IMG/VR virus record: IMGVR_UViG_3300018063_000007
Coordinates: 1 to 50,846 of that record
Length of the DNA: 50,846 nucleotides
Origin: a virus
Lineage: Duplodnaviria; Caudoviricetes
Strand: one strand, 5' to 3'
Shown: positions 7,732 to 16,352 of the stretch, in pieces
How the letters are laid out: every line of letters starts with the position of its first letter
How positions within the stretch are numbered: the first letter of the stretch is position 1
Notes under the pieces: model-generated
The model's input: the letters and a program-made list of their open reading frames with translations, nothing else
Told to the model about the DNA's origin: nothing
Database searches by the model: none
Made by a program: the position numbers and the translations under genes

Positions 7732-8279
7732 TGAGCGACACACGTAGTATGTACGACGAAGGCACAGGCGACATTCAGTACCCACGTCCTCTTATCCATG
7801 AGGACTCGCCAGGCAGGGAACATCTAGAGTTGGTAAGCTTGACGATGACTGACGAGCCTCGTGGTAACGGTAACGAGAGTGCGAAGGGCGTTTTCTATGA
7901 TGCGCGTTTCCGCGTCGTGACCCCCGATGGTGGCAACAACGGATACGAGTTCACTCAGCGTGTTTACGCCGACGCGCGTATCGGTAAGAACGACGACGGG
8001 ACGCCGAAGAAGGCGTCGGTGTGGTTCTCCCGAGGGCGCCCGTTCCTTAACGGGTTGGTTGCTGCGACTAAGGGCCAAAAGGCCATCGGCTCGTTTTGGA
8101 CCGTCTGTAAAGGTGGTGGGCTCAAAGCGTACGTTGATCGGGCTCTCACCCTTACAGGTCAACGATTCAAGGCCAGCGTGGGTGTAGAGAAGGGAGACTT
8201 GATCGACAAGAATGACAAGGACGGTGGTAGGTATCGAGATAAGCAAATCGTCAAGGGCTTCTACGCGCTGACCGCGTAG
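7731..8279 (+). CDS. Putative single-stranded DNA-binding protein
   Basis: Beta-rich 182 aa after the Sak4-like gene; LTGQRFKASVGV...YRDKQIVKGF pattern. Confidence 0.6.
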   Translation: MSDTRSMYDEGTGDIQYPRPLIHEDSPGREHLELVSLTMTDEPRGNGNESAKGVFYDARFRVVTPDGGNNGYEFTQRVYADARIGKNDDGTPKKASVWFSRGRPFLNGLVAATKGQKAIGSFWTVCKGGGLKAYVDRALTLTGQRFKASVGVEKGDLIDKNDKDGGRYRDKQIVKGFYALTA

Positions 8280-8285
8280 ACTAAC

Positions 8286-8377
8286 CTAGCGTGTGCAGTT
8301 TCTTCGTCGCGTGGCCTAGCTGCACACGTTAGACTAAGGGGAGGGAGCGTCCCCGAGCCCACCAGTGGGTGGGCTCG
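8286..8377 (+). other. Three consecutive stem-loops between SSB and polymerase piece 1
   Basis: 8286-8300 pairs with 8318-8332 (15 bp, 2 G-U); GGGGA/TCCCC; CGAGCCCACC/GGTGGGCTCG. Confidence 0.65.
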
Positions 8378-8401
8378 AAGCAGTTCCCTCACGCACACAT
8401 A

Positions 8402-9121
8402 ATGGAACTCACAGCCCAAAACGTCATGGCGTGGCGGTTGCAGTTCACACGCTGTGATCTCTGCCCATTTCAACGTCGGCGCAAAGTCGGCTTCGCTGGT
8501 GACATCAACGCCGACATCATCTTGTGGGGCGAGGCGCCTGGCGCTGATGAAGCCTCCTACCGTGCCGGCCAGCAACTCTATGGCGAGCCGTTCGTCGGCC
8601 GTGCTGGTTGGGCGTTGAAGGAGCACATTTTGCTAGAAGCTGGCCCGAAGTTCGCGGTGCGTGAAGGCAAGGGCCACCGGCTGACGTGCTTTGTCGGTAA
8701 CACCATCATGTGCAACCCTCCAAAGAACAAGATCACTGGCACACTCGCCCGCAAGGCCCGTGCGGCATGCACGCCCTCCGGTCAGTTGCTATTAGCTGCA
8801 CTAATACGCAAAAAACGCCGTACACTGGTCCCTATGGGCGATGTGGCCCTCGAAGCCACAAAGGGCGTGACTGGCATTGGCAAGCACCGAGGGCGTGTCA
8901 ACGTCTTTAACGCACCGACGATCATGTTTGAGCATGAACAACTCAAGATCCTGCTCCGAGGTGTGAAGCCACCTACGGAGTGGAAAGGCCACAAGAACGC
9001 TGAGGGCAAGAAGGTGCTGGGCCACGAGGGCATCGTGCGATTGCTGTTGGCGTGGAATAGACGTATGATGAAGCCTAGGAAGCTACCGAAGGTGAAACGA
9101 ACGAAGCAGGAGACTCCATGA
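8402..9121 (+). CDS. DNA polymerase piece 1: N-terminal part of family 4 uracil-DNA glycosylase-like (SPO1-type) domain
   Basis: CDLC, GEAPG, PFVGRAG, MCNPPKN, AAC, PMGDVA, GKHRG; lacks the C-terminal HPA motif; start could be 8369. Confidence 0.85.
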   Translation: MELTAQNVMAWRLQFTRCDLCPFQRRRKVGFAGDINADIILWGEAPGADEASYRAGQQLYGEPFVGRAGWALKEHILLEAGPKFAVREGKGHRLTCFVGNTIMCNPPKNKITGTLARKARAACTPSGQLLLAALIRKKRRTLVPMGDVALEATKGVTGIGKHRGRVNVFNAPTIMFEHEQLKILLRGVKPPTEWKGHKNAEGKKVLGHEGIVRLLLAWNRRMMKPRKLPKVKRTKQETP

Positions 9122-9915
9122 CTATTGGTGAGTTCTTGAAGAAGTTTGAGCGGAAGGTGAAAGCAAAAAAGGTAAAGTGGCAGGCAACCGTAAAAATACG
9201 GGCACAATTAGCTGTGGGCGCCTCTACAGCGTTATGGCCTATGTGTCCAATTGAGTTTGTAGTAGGCCGTAGGAATTACCTTATTGGAGCAGAAAAACTT
9301 GGGTTGACAATGGCACAAACTCGTGCAATTGCTGACGCCGCCGATTTTGCTGACTCCGAGGCAAGCAAGCGCCTCCGTATACAGCTCATCAAGATCATAA
9401 AGCCTTACCTTGTTGCCCTACTTCTCGTAATGCTGACGAGCGCTGACTTGTGGGCCGTCCCGGCGAGCTGTAAGTGTTTTACTGAGAATGGCTTTTGGTC
9501 TTGTACCTGTCCTGATGGGTGGATATTGGAACCTACACCCGCGCTAACCTGTGTCCCTACCGTCCCAATCGTCCGCATCAAGCCTGGCTACGACCACCCG
9601 CTCCTCGTGGCGCCGGGCGAGACGGGGACGTTCCTGCTCGCTATCAAGAACCGGGACCAAGCGGGCTGCCCAGCGCACACGTTCGAGATTGGCGCGGCAG
9701 CGGCGTACGGCGCGGGTACAGGGGCGATTGAGGCCGTGCAGGACGCCACGCTCACGATCGAGCCACGCGAAACGAAGTACACGCGGGTGTACATCACGGT
9801 AGTGCCGGAGAGTGAGGTTGGGCCGGCGATCGTTGTGAGCCCGTATGTGCGGAGGACGGATGAGAGTCGACTGTATGGGCAGGCGGTTGGGCGGATTGTG
9901 GTGGTGGAGCCGTGA
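9118..9915 (+). CDS. Fusion of basic family copy 3 with a signal-peptide-bearing Cys/Ig-like domain
   Basis: Residues 1-95 resemble 5830/6104; then KPYLVALLLVMLTSADLWA; C-terminal domain resembles 26398..26826. Confidence 0.7.
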   Translation: MTIGEFLKKFERKVKAKKVKWQATVKIRAQLAVGASTALWPMCPIEFVVGRRNYLIGAEKLGLTMAQTRAIADAADFADSEASKRLRIQLIKIIKPYLVALLLVMLTSADLWAVPASCKCFTENGFWSCTCPDGWILEPTPALTCVPTVPIVRIKPGYDHPLLVAPGETGTFLLAIKNRDQAGCPAHTFEIGAAAAYGAGTGAIEAVQDATLTIEPRETKYTRVYITVVPESEVGPAIVVSPYVRRTDESRLYGQAVGRIVVVEP

Positions 9916-10184
9916 GCGTACTTAAAAGTAACAGGTCGAAACGTAAAACGCGCTGCTCTGAAGGCTGCCCACATAGTAGTAGGAGAGTTGACGCGTGGAT
10001 TAGGAGAGAGTTGACTAGGGTTCAAGTTACACGTCCTGGCTTTAGTTATCGTTACTGGCTTGCTCTTACATTACTTTTAGAAACACGCGAGGCAGCTAGA
10101 TCATTGCTTATGAAGGTGTGTCAGCCACCGTACACTACTTGTACTTACCATGGGGAGTTAGCTCGTGCCCTCGAAAATGAATAA
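9912..10184 (+). CDS. Hypothetical protein, similar to 10623..10886
   Basis: DAWIRRELT...YWLALTLL versus DEWITAELA...YHRALTLL. Confidence 0.55.
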   Translation: MSVLKSNRSKRKTRCSEGCPHSSRRVDAWIRRELTRVQVTRPGFSYRYWLALTLLLETREAARSLLMKVCQPPYTTCTYHGELARALENE

Positions 10185-10413
10185 GGGTAAGTTTCCGGCG
10201 TTTCCGTTACCACGCGTGTCAATACCAACTGGCTACGTGGAATGGAGTGGACAAGAGGGCATGTCCCTCCGCGCGTACATTGCGACACATGCGTTAGCGG
10301 GGCTACTCGCCGCCCCTGATGTTCATGGGCGCCCTGAGTGGTTTGTCCATAGTGCTGTAGTGTATGCCGACGCTCTCCTCGCCGAGCTAGCGAAGGAGCC
10401 GACCGATGGCTGA
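10177..10413 (+). CDS. Small phage protein with GMSLRxYxA...ADALL motif
   Basis: PAFP...GMSLRAYIATHALAGLLA...YADALLAEL, a common phage motif. Confidence 0.75.
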   Translation: MNKGKFPAFPLPRVSIPTGYVEWSGQEGMSLRAYIATHALAGLLAAPDVHGRPEWFVHSAVVYADALLAELAKEPTDG

Positions 10414-10630
10414 CCTCCGCCTGCTGACGGTCCTCCTCGTGCTGGCACTCGCCGGGTGTAATGGCGGCATGGTACTTCCTGAACGGCCTCAAGAGTGCCA
10501 CCTTCTTGTAAACGGGAAGCCTGTGGGCATTTCGTGTCAATGGTCCGGTGGGCGCTGCATGAGCGACACATACGTAACAGTACAGGTAGGAGACGAAATC
10601 CATATCGTATGTAGGAGAGCCGATGGCTGA
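10406..10630 (+). CDS. Putative lipoprotein
   Basis: Signal LLTVLLVLALAG-C with LAGC lipobox; AAGGAG SD; four further Cys. Confidence 0.7.
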   Translation: MADLRLLTVLLVLALAGCNGGMVLPERPQECHLLVNGKPVGISCQWSGGRCMSDTYVTVQVGDEIHIVCRRADG

Positions 10631-10886
10631 CCCCACGCTGGACGAATGGATCACGGCCGAGCTGGCGCAGTGCGAGGGGGCTAAATTGCCGCTGGGCTCT
10701 TACCATCGCGCCCTCACCCTGCTACAACAGCACCGCGCGGCGCTGCGGAAGCTATTCGCGCTTGTTGAAGACGGGACGCTCGTACGTGACATCTCTCGGG
10801 ACGACTTACGAGGTTGGGCGATGCGCCAAATACCACTTGTGAAAACGTTAGCTGAGGTCAGCGTCGTGCTTGCAGAGAAGCCATGA
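10623..10886 (+). CDS. Hypothetical protein
   Basis: AGGAG SD; coupled to neighbours. Confidence 0.65.
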   Translation: MADPTLDEWITAELAQCEGAKLPLGSYHRALTLLQQHRAALRKLFALVEDGTLVRDISRDDLRGWAMRQIPLVKTLAEVSVVLAEKP

Positions 10887-11248
10887 GCAAAGCCAACCCC
10901 AACGTGACGCACGCCATAGCCGATGTAATGAGCAGTTTGCTCAGTCGTGCCAACCGTGCAGAGGACCGCATCGCCCACCTCGAAGCCGACAAGGCACGGC
11001 TCACCACCGTAATACGAGAGCTACATCGCGTAGACTCACTTGGCTCAGACATCCCCAATGCTGGGCTGTACTGTCGTGCAATGGAGAAGGCTATTGATGC
11101 TCTCGCTGGCGTAGGCGACGTGCTCACGCCGGAGGAGCGCTCCCTCGTAACGAAGTGTGACCGCTGGCATGGGGGACCGCCGATATTCTACGCACTCCTT
11201 GCCATCCTCGACCGCATCGCCCCTGCACCAAAGGAGCCTGCGGCGTGA
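10883..11248 (+). CDS. Hypothetical coiled-coil protein
   Basis: ATGA overlap; RAEDRIAHLEADKARL. Confidence 0.6.
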   Translation: MSKANPNVTHAIADVMSSLLSRANRAEDRIAHLEADKARLTTVIRELHRVDSLGSDIPNAGLYCRAMEKAIDALAGVGDVLTPEERSLVTKCDRWHGGPPIFYALLAILDRIAPAPKEPAA

Positions 11249-11272
11249 CCGCTCGCTACTTTCAGATGACTG

Positions 11273-12115
11273 ATGACTGACCGTGCGTGGACGATGGGAG
11301 AGGTGTACGACCTGCTCGCGCTAGCGTGGGCGGTGCAGGAGCGTGAGGTTCGACGTTACAGTCAACTCCCGATAATGTTCCAACTATCGAACACCTGTGG
11401 AGACTGCGGTCGCGAGGGCACGTTGCACGAGTATTACTGCCTTACCGCGCCGGCCCGCCGCATCCTCGCCCCGATCCTGTTTCCTGAGAGGGAGGGAGTA
11501 TGAGTGACTGGGTAGAGAGAGGTCTAGCGGCCATGATTGGATTCTTAGCTTTCGTTGGGCTACTTACTGTGGCTGCTATCGGGGGGCAACTGGTACATCG
11601 TTGCTCTTGTGCGTGCGTACCATGACCATCACCCTCATCTTTACCCTTCCTGACGAGCAAGCCGAGTACGACGACGCGCGGAACGGCACGAAGTGGAAGT
11701 GTGTCGTCGAGGCGCTCCGCGAGCACCTACGTGCGAAGCTGAAGTACAGCGACATACCTACCAAGCAACGGGTGATTGTTGCCGAATTGCTCACCACACT
11801 CCACACCATCTGCCAGGACTGGGACGTGTCGTTGTGAGCGCAGTCGCGCCCGGCCACACCAATTCCCTCGTTGTCTACCGCTGCGCCGGCTGTGGGAAGG
11901 ACATTGAGCGCCGCCGGGTGAAGGTCAAGAAAACCCGCATCGGCTACGAGCGCACGATGCGCGGGTTCAAGACCATCTACACCTACACCCTCTATCACGG
12001 CTGCAAGGAGAAGCGCTGCGCCCCCGTCATCGCGTGGGATCGGCGCAAACAGAAACCGCGCTACGACAAGCGCTACAACAAAGAGGAGAACGCTCATGAG
12101 TATGCAAGTACCTAG
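11273..12115 (+). other. Run of small hypothetical genes (11273..11503, 11622..11837, 11834..12115)
   Basis: Short coupled + strand ORFs, some with CxxC. Confidence 0.55.
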
Positions 12116-12425
12116 CGGAATTGTTGCGACGGCAGTGATGATGGCTGTGCTGACCGTACCCGCGTCGGCGGAGTGGGCATACGCACCACCCTTCCCGCTC
12201 GTCTCCGGCACGGTGGTGTGCCCTGCTCGCAACGACTCCGCCATCCCCCTGACGGTATGGATCGAGTGCGTGGAGGCGACGAACGATGGGACGGTAGAGA
12301 GCCCAAAGGTGTGCGTTGACCTCCTCCCCAACACGGCCTGCGCGATCACGAGTACGGACTCGCGGTGTCGGCGGTGCAAGGCGTCGTGGGATGGGGGCGT
12401 GGGGCGCGTGAGCATCGCGGAGTAG
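12096..12425 (+). CDS. Putative secreted Cys-rich protein
   Basis: AGGAG SD; hydrophobic IVATAVMMAVLTVP then ASA cleavage site; 6 Cys. Confidence 0.6.
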   Translation: MSMQVPSGIVATAVMMAVLTVPASAEWAYAPPFPLVSGTVVCPARNDSAIPLTVWIECVEATNDGTVESPKVCVDLLPNTACAITSTDSRCRRCKASWDGGVGRVSIAE

Positions 12426-12434
12426 GAGGACAGC

Positions 12435-13175
12435 GTGAGCACCTGGACAATCGAAGTCGTCACCCGTGAGGCGTGGCTCGCCCGCATCGCCAAGCACGAG
12501 CGCCGCTGCCGGAAGTGTAAGCGGAGGGTGGTGTACAACGCCGGGACGACGACACATCCGCTGCCGCCGATCTGCTTGCGGTACATTGGGATGCTGTGGG
12601 GCCTACGGGCGTGCGAGTTAGCGAGGGTGGCGTGAGCCCAGTGTTAAGTGAGGCTCGGAGGTTGTTTATAATGAATCGGGCTCAACAGATGATATTAGCT
12701 GGTACAGCGCGAAAGTGCCCCTCAGACGGTTTGCTGTGTGATCGTTGTAATGATTTAGTCGAGGGTGCTTGCGGTATGATAAATGATGCCAATGCCGACT
12801 TCAACAGCATTCTTTGGCATGATAGCATGGCCGACAGCCACACCGACCTCACTATGTGGCTGTTGAAGCATTGGAGCGAGAGCATGCAAGTCCTCGCGGA
12901 ACGGCTGATGCGAGAGTACGACATTAGCAAGAAGGAGTCTTAGCCATGTGCGAATGCTGCCGCCTCAGCGGTGTCGACTACATCTACCGTGGCTTGCTCA
13001 TCTGTACGCTGTGTGTCAAACGGTGGTGCGTGAGGCAGACGGAGTTGAGGAAGTTGTGAGCGCCTGTTCATATTTTGCCGACATCGGCGCCGGTATCATG
13101 CTTTCGGGCATAGGGGCGCTCATCTGGCTCATCGTGGGCAGCTTGTTGTACCACGGGTGGATCAATCGTGAGTGA
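12435..13175 (+). other. Small hypothetical genes (12435..12635 zinc ribbon, 12632..12943, a membrane ORF ending at 13175)
   Basis: AGGAGG SD before 12435; GTGA overlaps. Confidence 0.55.
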
Positions 13176-13178
13176 GCC

Positions 13179-13277
13179 TAGCGGGTGTTTCCAGCATCGA
13201 GTTCGTGACGATGGGGCGTGGTTTCACGAGATGCGCGCTGTCAACGCAGTAGCGCTGGCGACGCCCAGCACCCGCTA
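13179..13277 (+). ncRNA. Putative structured cis-acting RNA (three-way junction with pseudoknot) before polymerase piece 2
   Basis: Hand-derived pairings: TAGCGGGTGT/GCACCCGCTA, GCATC/GATGC, TCGTGA/TCACGA, GCGCT/AGCGC; loop GGGCGT can pair with ACGCCC. Confidence 0.5.
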
Positions 13278-13284
13278 AATCTTT

Positions 13285-14106
13285 ATGAGTGAACTCCCCA
13301 GCTACATCGTCCCTTCGTACCACCCAGCCTACCTCCTTCGTAACCAAACTCTCACGAAGCCGACGATCGAGGATTTTCGCAAGGCCGCACGTATTCACGA
13401 GACAGGCCCGACACGCATTCCTATAGCTGAGCGAGAAAATGGTAGTATGGCTGACGCAGCGCTATTCCCGCTGCTTGATGATGTAGAAGGTTTCTTCAAA
13501 GGTTGGGGCCGTACTCATACCAGAATGTCCATCGACTTCGAAGCCACTATGACCGGCATCCCCTGGTGCGTGGGCTTCTGGCCGTGTGATAGTGAAGACC
13601 AAGTGCTTACCACTCAGGGTATCTGCATCCCCTTCCACAAACAGGGCGGCGAGAACTATTGGTCTCCACGCGACCACGAAGCGACCATGTGGCTGTTGAA
13701 GGAGTACCTCGAAGATCCTACACAGCCCAAGGTCGGGCAAAATTGGGTTGGTTATGACGGAGGTTACAACGATCATGGCTGGGAAGAAAGCGACCACTCG
13801 CTCGCATACCGAGCTTTCGGCATACGGGTTAGAGGCTTGGTACTCGACACGATGGTTGCACACCATGCGGTCTCTCCTGAGCTACCACATTCTCTTGCAT
13901 TCCAATCCTCTCTCTGTACTGACCTTGGTGCATACAAGCTGGAAGTCCACGCCACCTCATCGGTCGACGACGAAAAGGAAGACGACGCGCAGAAGGGCAT
14001 CCAAAACGTGAAGGACGTAGACGATAGGGTGTTACGGGGCTACTGCTTGAGGGACTGTTTTGCTGCTGGGCTGAGCGCGTGCGAGTTAGAGCGGGTGATG
14101 GCGTGA
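13285..14106 (+). CDS. DNA polymerase piece 2: UDG C-terminal motif plus 3'-5' exonuclease domain
   Basis: IVPSYHPAYLLRN (UDG motif B); ExoI SIDFEA; ExoII GQNWVGYD; DTMVAHH; ExoIII YCLRD. Confidence 0.88.
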   Translation: MSELPSYIVPSYHPAYLLRNQTLTKPTIEDFRKAARIHETGPTRIPIAERENGSMADAALFPLLDDVEGFFKGWGRTHTRMSIDFEATMTGIPWCVGFWPCDSEDQVLTTQGICIPFHKQGGENYWSPRDHEATMWLLKEYLEDPTQPKVGQNWVGYDGGYNDHGWEESDHSLAYRAFGIRVRGLVLDTMVAHHAVSPELPHSLAFQSSLCTDLGAYKLEVHATSSVDDEKEDDAQKGIQNVKDVDDRVLRGYCLRDCFAAGLSACELERVMA

Positions 14107-15081
14107 AGCGTTTCGTAAACCTCGGTGAGCAGATTTGCCCTGGGGCTCCGTGCTTCGCGTGGTTTGATACTGTTGTATCCCAATTCGAGGAACACAATGG
14201 AGCACAAATATGGGATAGCTGGGGTGAGTTCAAAGCTGATTATGTGGGTGGTGACTTAAAGCGGTACTTAGGGCTATTCATGCGGTCAGATTTTGGTGGC
14301 ATTGTTGGCGCTCATGATACCACTATACTAACGGACGAGTAGTGGCTACCTTGACCGACCACGAAGGCCTTTGGTATTGTAAGCACTGTGGCGCGTTGAA
14401 CGTAGCCGTGTGCGATTGTGATTTCTGTTTAGTATGCTGCCAAGTAATATGTATAGCACATGATGGGCACGAGTCGTGACCACCTACACCGTCTGCTCTA
14501 CCTGTGGCACACCACACCTGTTCGACCCTTCGTGGGACGTAGAACAATGCCCAGACTGCTACTACGCCGACAACCACGAGCCGCTAGACGACACAAGTGA
14601 AAATGACTGGCTTGACTTTTTAGAAGACAGTTATCTTGATGATAGCCCCTGGGATTTAGACGAACATGATGAGGACTGAAGCTGCTGAGCTTGAAGACCT
14701 CCGCACCCAGAAATCCATCTGGCAAGGGTGCTACACCCGCCAGGTCGTGCGCCAGCTCAACACGTTTCACCTCGCCACCTCGGCGGTCGTGGCCCTTATA
14801 GCTATGCGCGACCAGCTCCCCACGCTCACCGAAGCAACCACCCACGAGCTATACCACCGGCTCGACGTGGCGATCGAGCAGTTGTCGTCGGCGTTGAAGG
14901 TGGCGGAGGGTGAGTTGTGACGGTAGAGAATGTAAACTGGCACTTTACGTATACAGAAGACAAACGTGCTGTTGTAACAGAGGTTGGTGGGCGAGTTAAG
15001 TGGTACGTATATCGATGTTATGGTCTTCAAGGCTACATTTGGGTAGCTGCTAGCATACTTGAGCGTGGCGCATGGGCCTAG
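14103..15081 (+). other. Island of small genes between polymerase pieces 2 and 3 (14103..14342, 14476..14679, 14666..14920, 14917..15081)
   Basis: Coupled short ORFs, partly AT-richer; 14917..15081 hand-translated. Confidence 0.6.
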
Positions 15082-16352
15082 GCGTCAGGCACATCCACGA
15101 CATCGGCCTCCCACTCCTCCCAATCGTCCAGCAAGTGGGCATGCAGGGCCTTCCCTTCGACGCCCAGCGCCGCGAATCTCTGTTGATGGACTTCATCGAA
15201 CCTGAGCTAGCCAACCTCGCGGGCTCGCTTGCCGATTGTGGCATCACCGACGCCAAATCCACCAAGAAGCTGGGCGCTGCACTGGCCGCGCTAGGGGTGC
15301 CGCTGGAGAAACACACGAAGGGCGGTGAGCAATTCGCTGTCGACCTCGAAGTCCTCCGGCGTAAGCACCATGAGTTTAACGAGGCCGACGATCGCGTTCG
15401 CTTTCCCTTTCTCCCCACCCTCATACGCTTCAAGCAGTTTGAGAAGGCACGTGCGAACCTGCACAGCATGGTCTTGTGCAAGGACGGTCGCCTGCGCTGT
15501 CGGTTGAACTCGCTGGGGACGGAGACGGGTCGTTATTCGAGCGCGGGTCTTGGATGGTGCCCGCGTTGCCACCAACCGGATCATGGCACGAACCTCCAAA
15601 ACATTGCTAAGAACAACGCTGAGATAGGACTGAACCTCCGAGACGTTATTGTAGCACGCCCAGGGTACACACTACTAGAGTTCGACTACTCGATGCTTGA
15701 GCTAAGGATCTTGGCATACGTAGCGAACGTCAAACTGCTCATCGAGCGCCTCGAACGGGGCGACGACATCCACAGCGAACATGAACGCGACCTGTTCGGC
15801 ACGGTGGGCGAAAGTCGCACCCTCGCCAAGAACTTCGGTTTTGCCGCCATCTATGGTGGTAAGGCCAAAGCTATTCAGATGGCCCTCGCCAAGAAGGGCA
15901 TTTTCCTCGAACTCGCTGAGATTGAGCGTCTTCGCTCGATCATGCTCTACGAACGCTACCCCGAGATTATCTCGTGGCAGATCGACGCTGAACGTCAGAT
16001 CAACGCGCTGAAGCTGGCGAAGCTTCCTGTGGCGGTGCGTACGGTGTTCGGCTCCGCGCGAGTCTTACTCGGCTACGAGCCCCTCAAGGAGTGGCTCAGC
16101 ACTCGCATCCAGGGCACGGCTGGGTGGATTATGTCGTTTAACCTCCTACGGATGCGCAAGCAAACGCGGGGCTACCTATGTACGCAGATCCACGACGCCT
16201 TCTTAGCCGAGGTTCCCGCAAACATGATGATGCAGTATACAGCGGAGATGGTGGAGTTGATGGAACGTAAAGTCTGGATGCATGACCGCTTCGTGCGCTT
16301 TCCCGTCGATGTCAGTTGTGGTAGACGGTGGAGCGAGATGACGAAGTGCTGA
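15072..16352 (+). CDS. DNA polymerase piece 3: family A polymerase domain
   Basis: TETGRYSS, NLQNI, motif A EFDYSMLELRILA, motif B RTLAKNFGFAAIYG, IQGTA, motif C QIHDA. Confidence 0.93.
   Translation: MGLGVRHIHDIGLPLLPIVQQVGMQGLPFDAQRRESLLMDFIEPELANLAGSLADCGITDAKSTKKLGAALAALGVPLEKHTKGGEQFAVDLEVLRRKHHEFNEADDRVRFPFLPTLIRFKQFEKARANLHSMVLCKDGRLRCRLNSLGTETGRYSSAGLGWCPRCHQPDHGTNLQNIAKNNAEIGLNLRDVIVARPGYTLLEFDYSMLELRILAYVANVKLLIERLERGDDIHSEHERDLFGTVGESRTLAKNFGFAAIYGGKAKAIQMALAKKGIFLELAEIERLRSIMLYERYPEIISWQIDAERQINALKLAKLPVAVRTVFGSARVLLGYEPLKEWLSTRIQGTAGWIMSFNLLRMRKQTRGYLCTQIHDAFLAEVPANMMMQYTAEMVELMERKVWMHDRFVRFPVDVSCGRRWSEMTKC

Noticed and set aside
11576-12586. 336-aa minus-strand ORF
   Set aside because: It lies antisense to several coupled + strand genes, some with good SDs, and has no motif; most likely a GC-rich shadow frame
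9121-15071. Inteins or group I/II introns explaining the split polymerase
   Set aside because: No Cys/Ser...His-Asn intein ends, maturase or intron core was recognised, and the spacers are filled with coupled ORFs; not fully excluded without a covariance search
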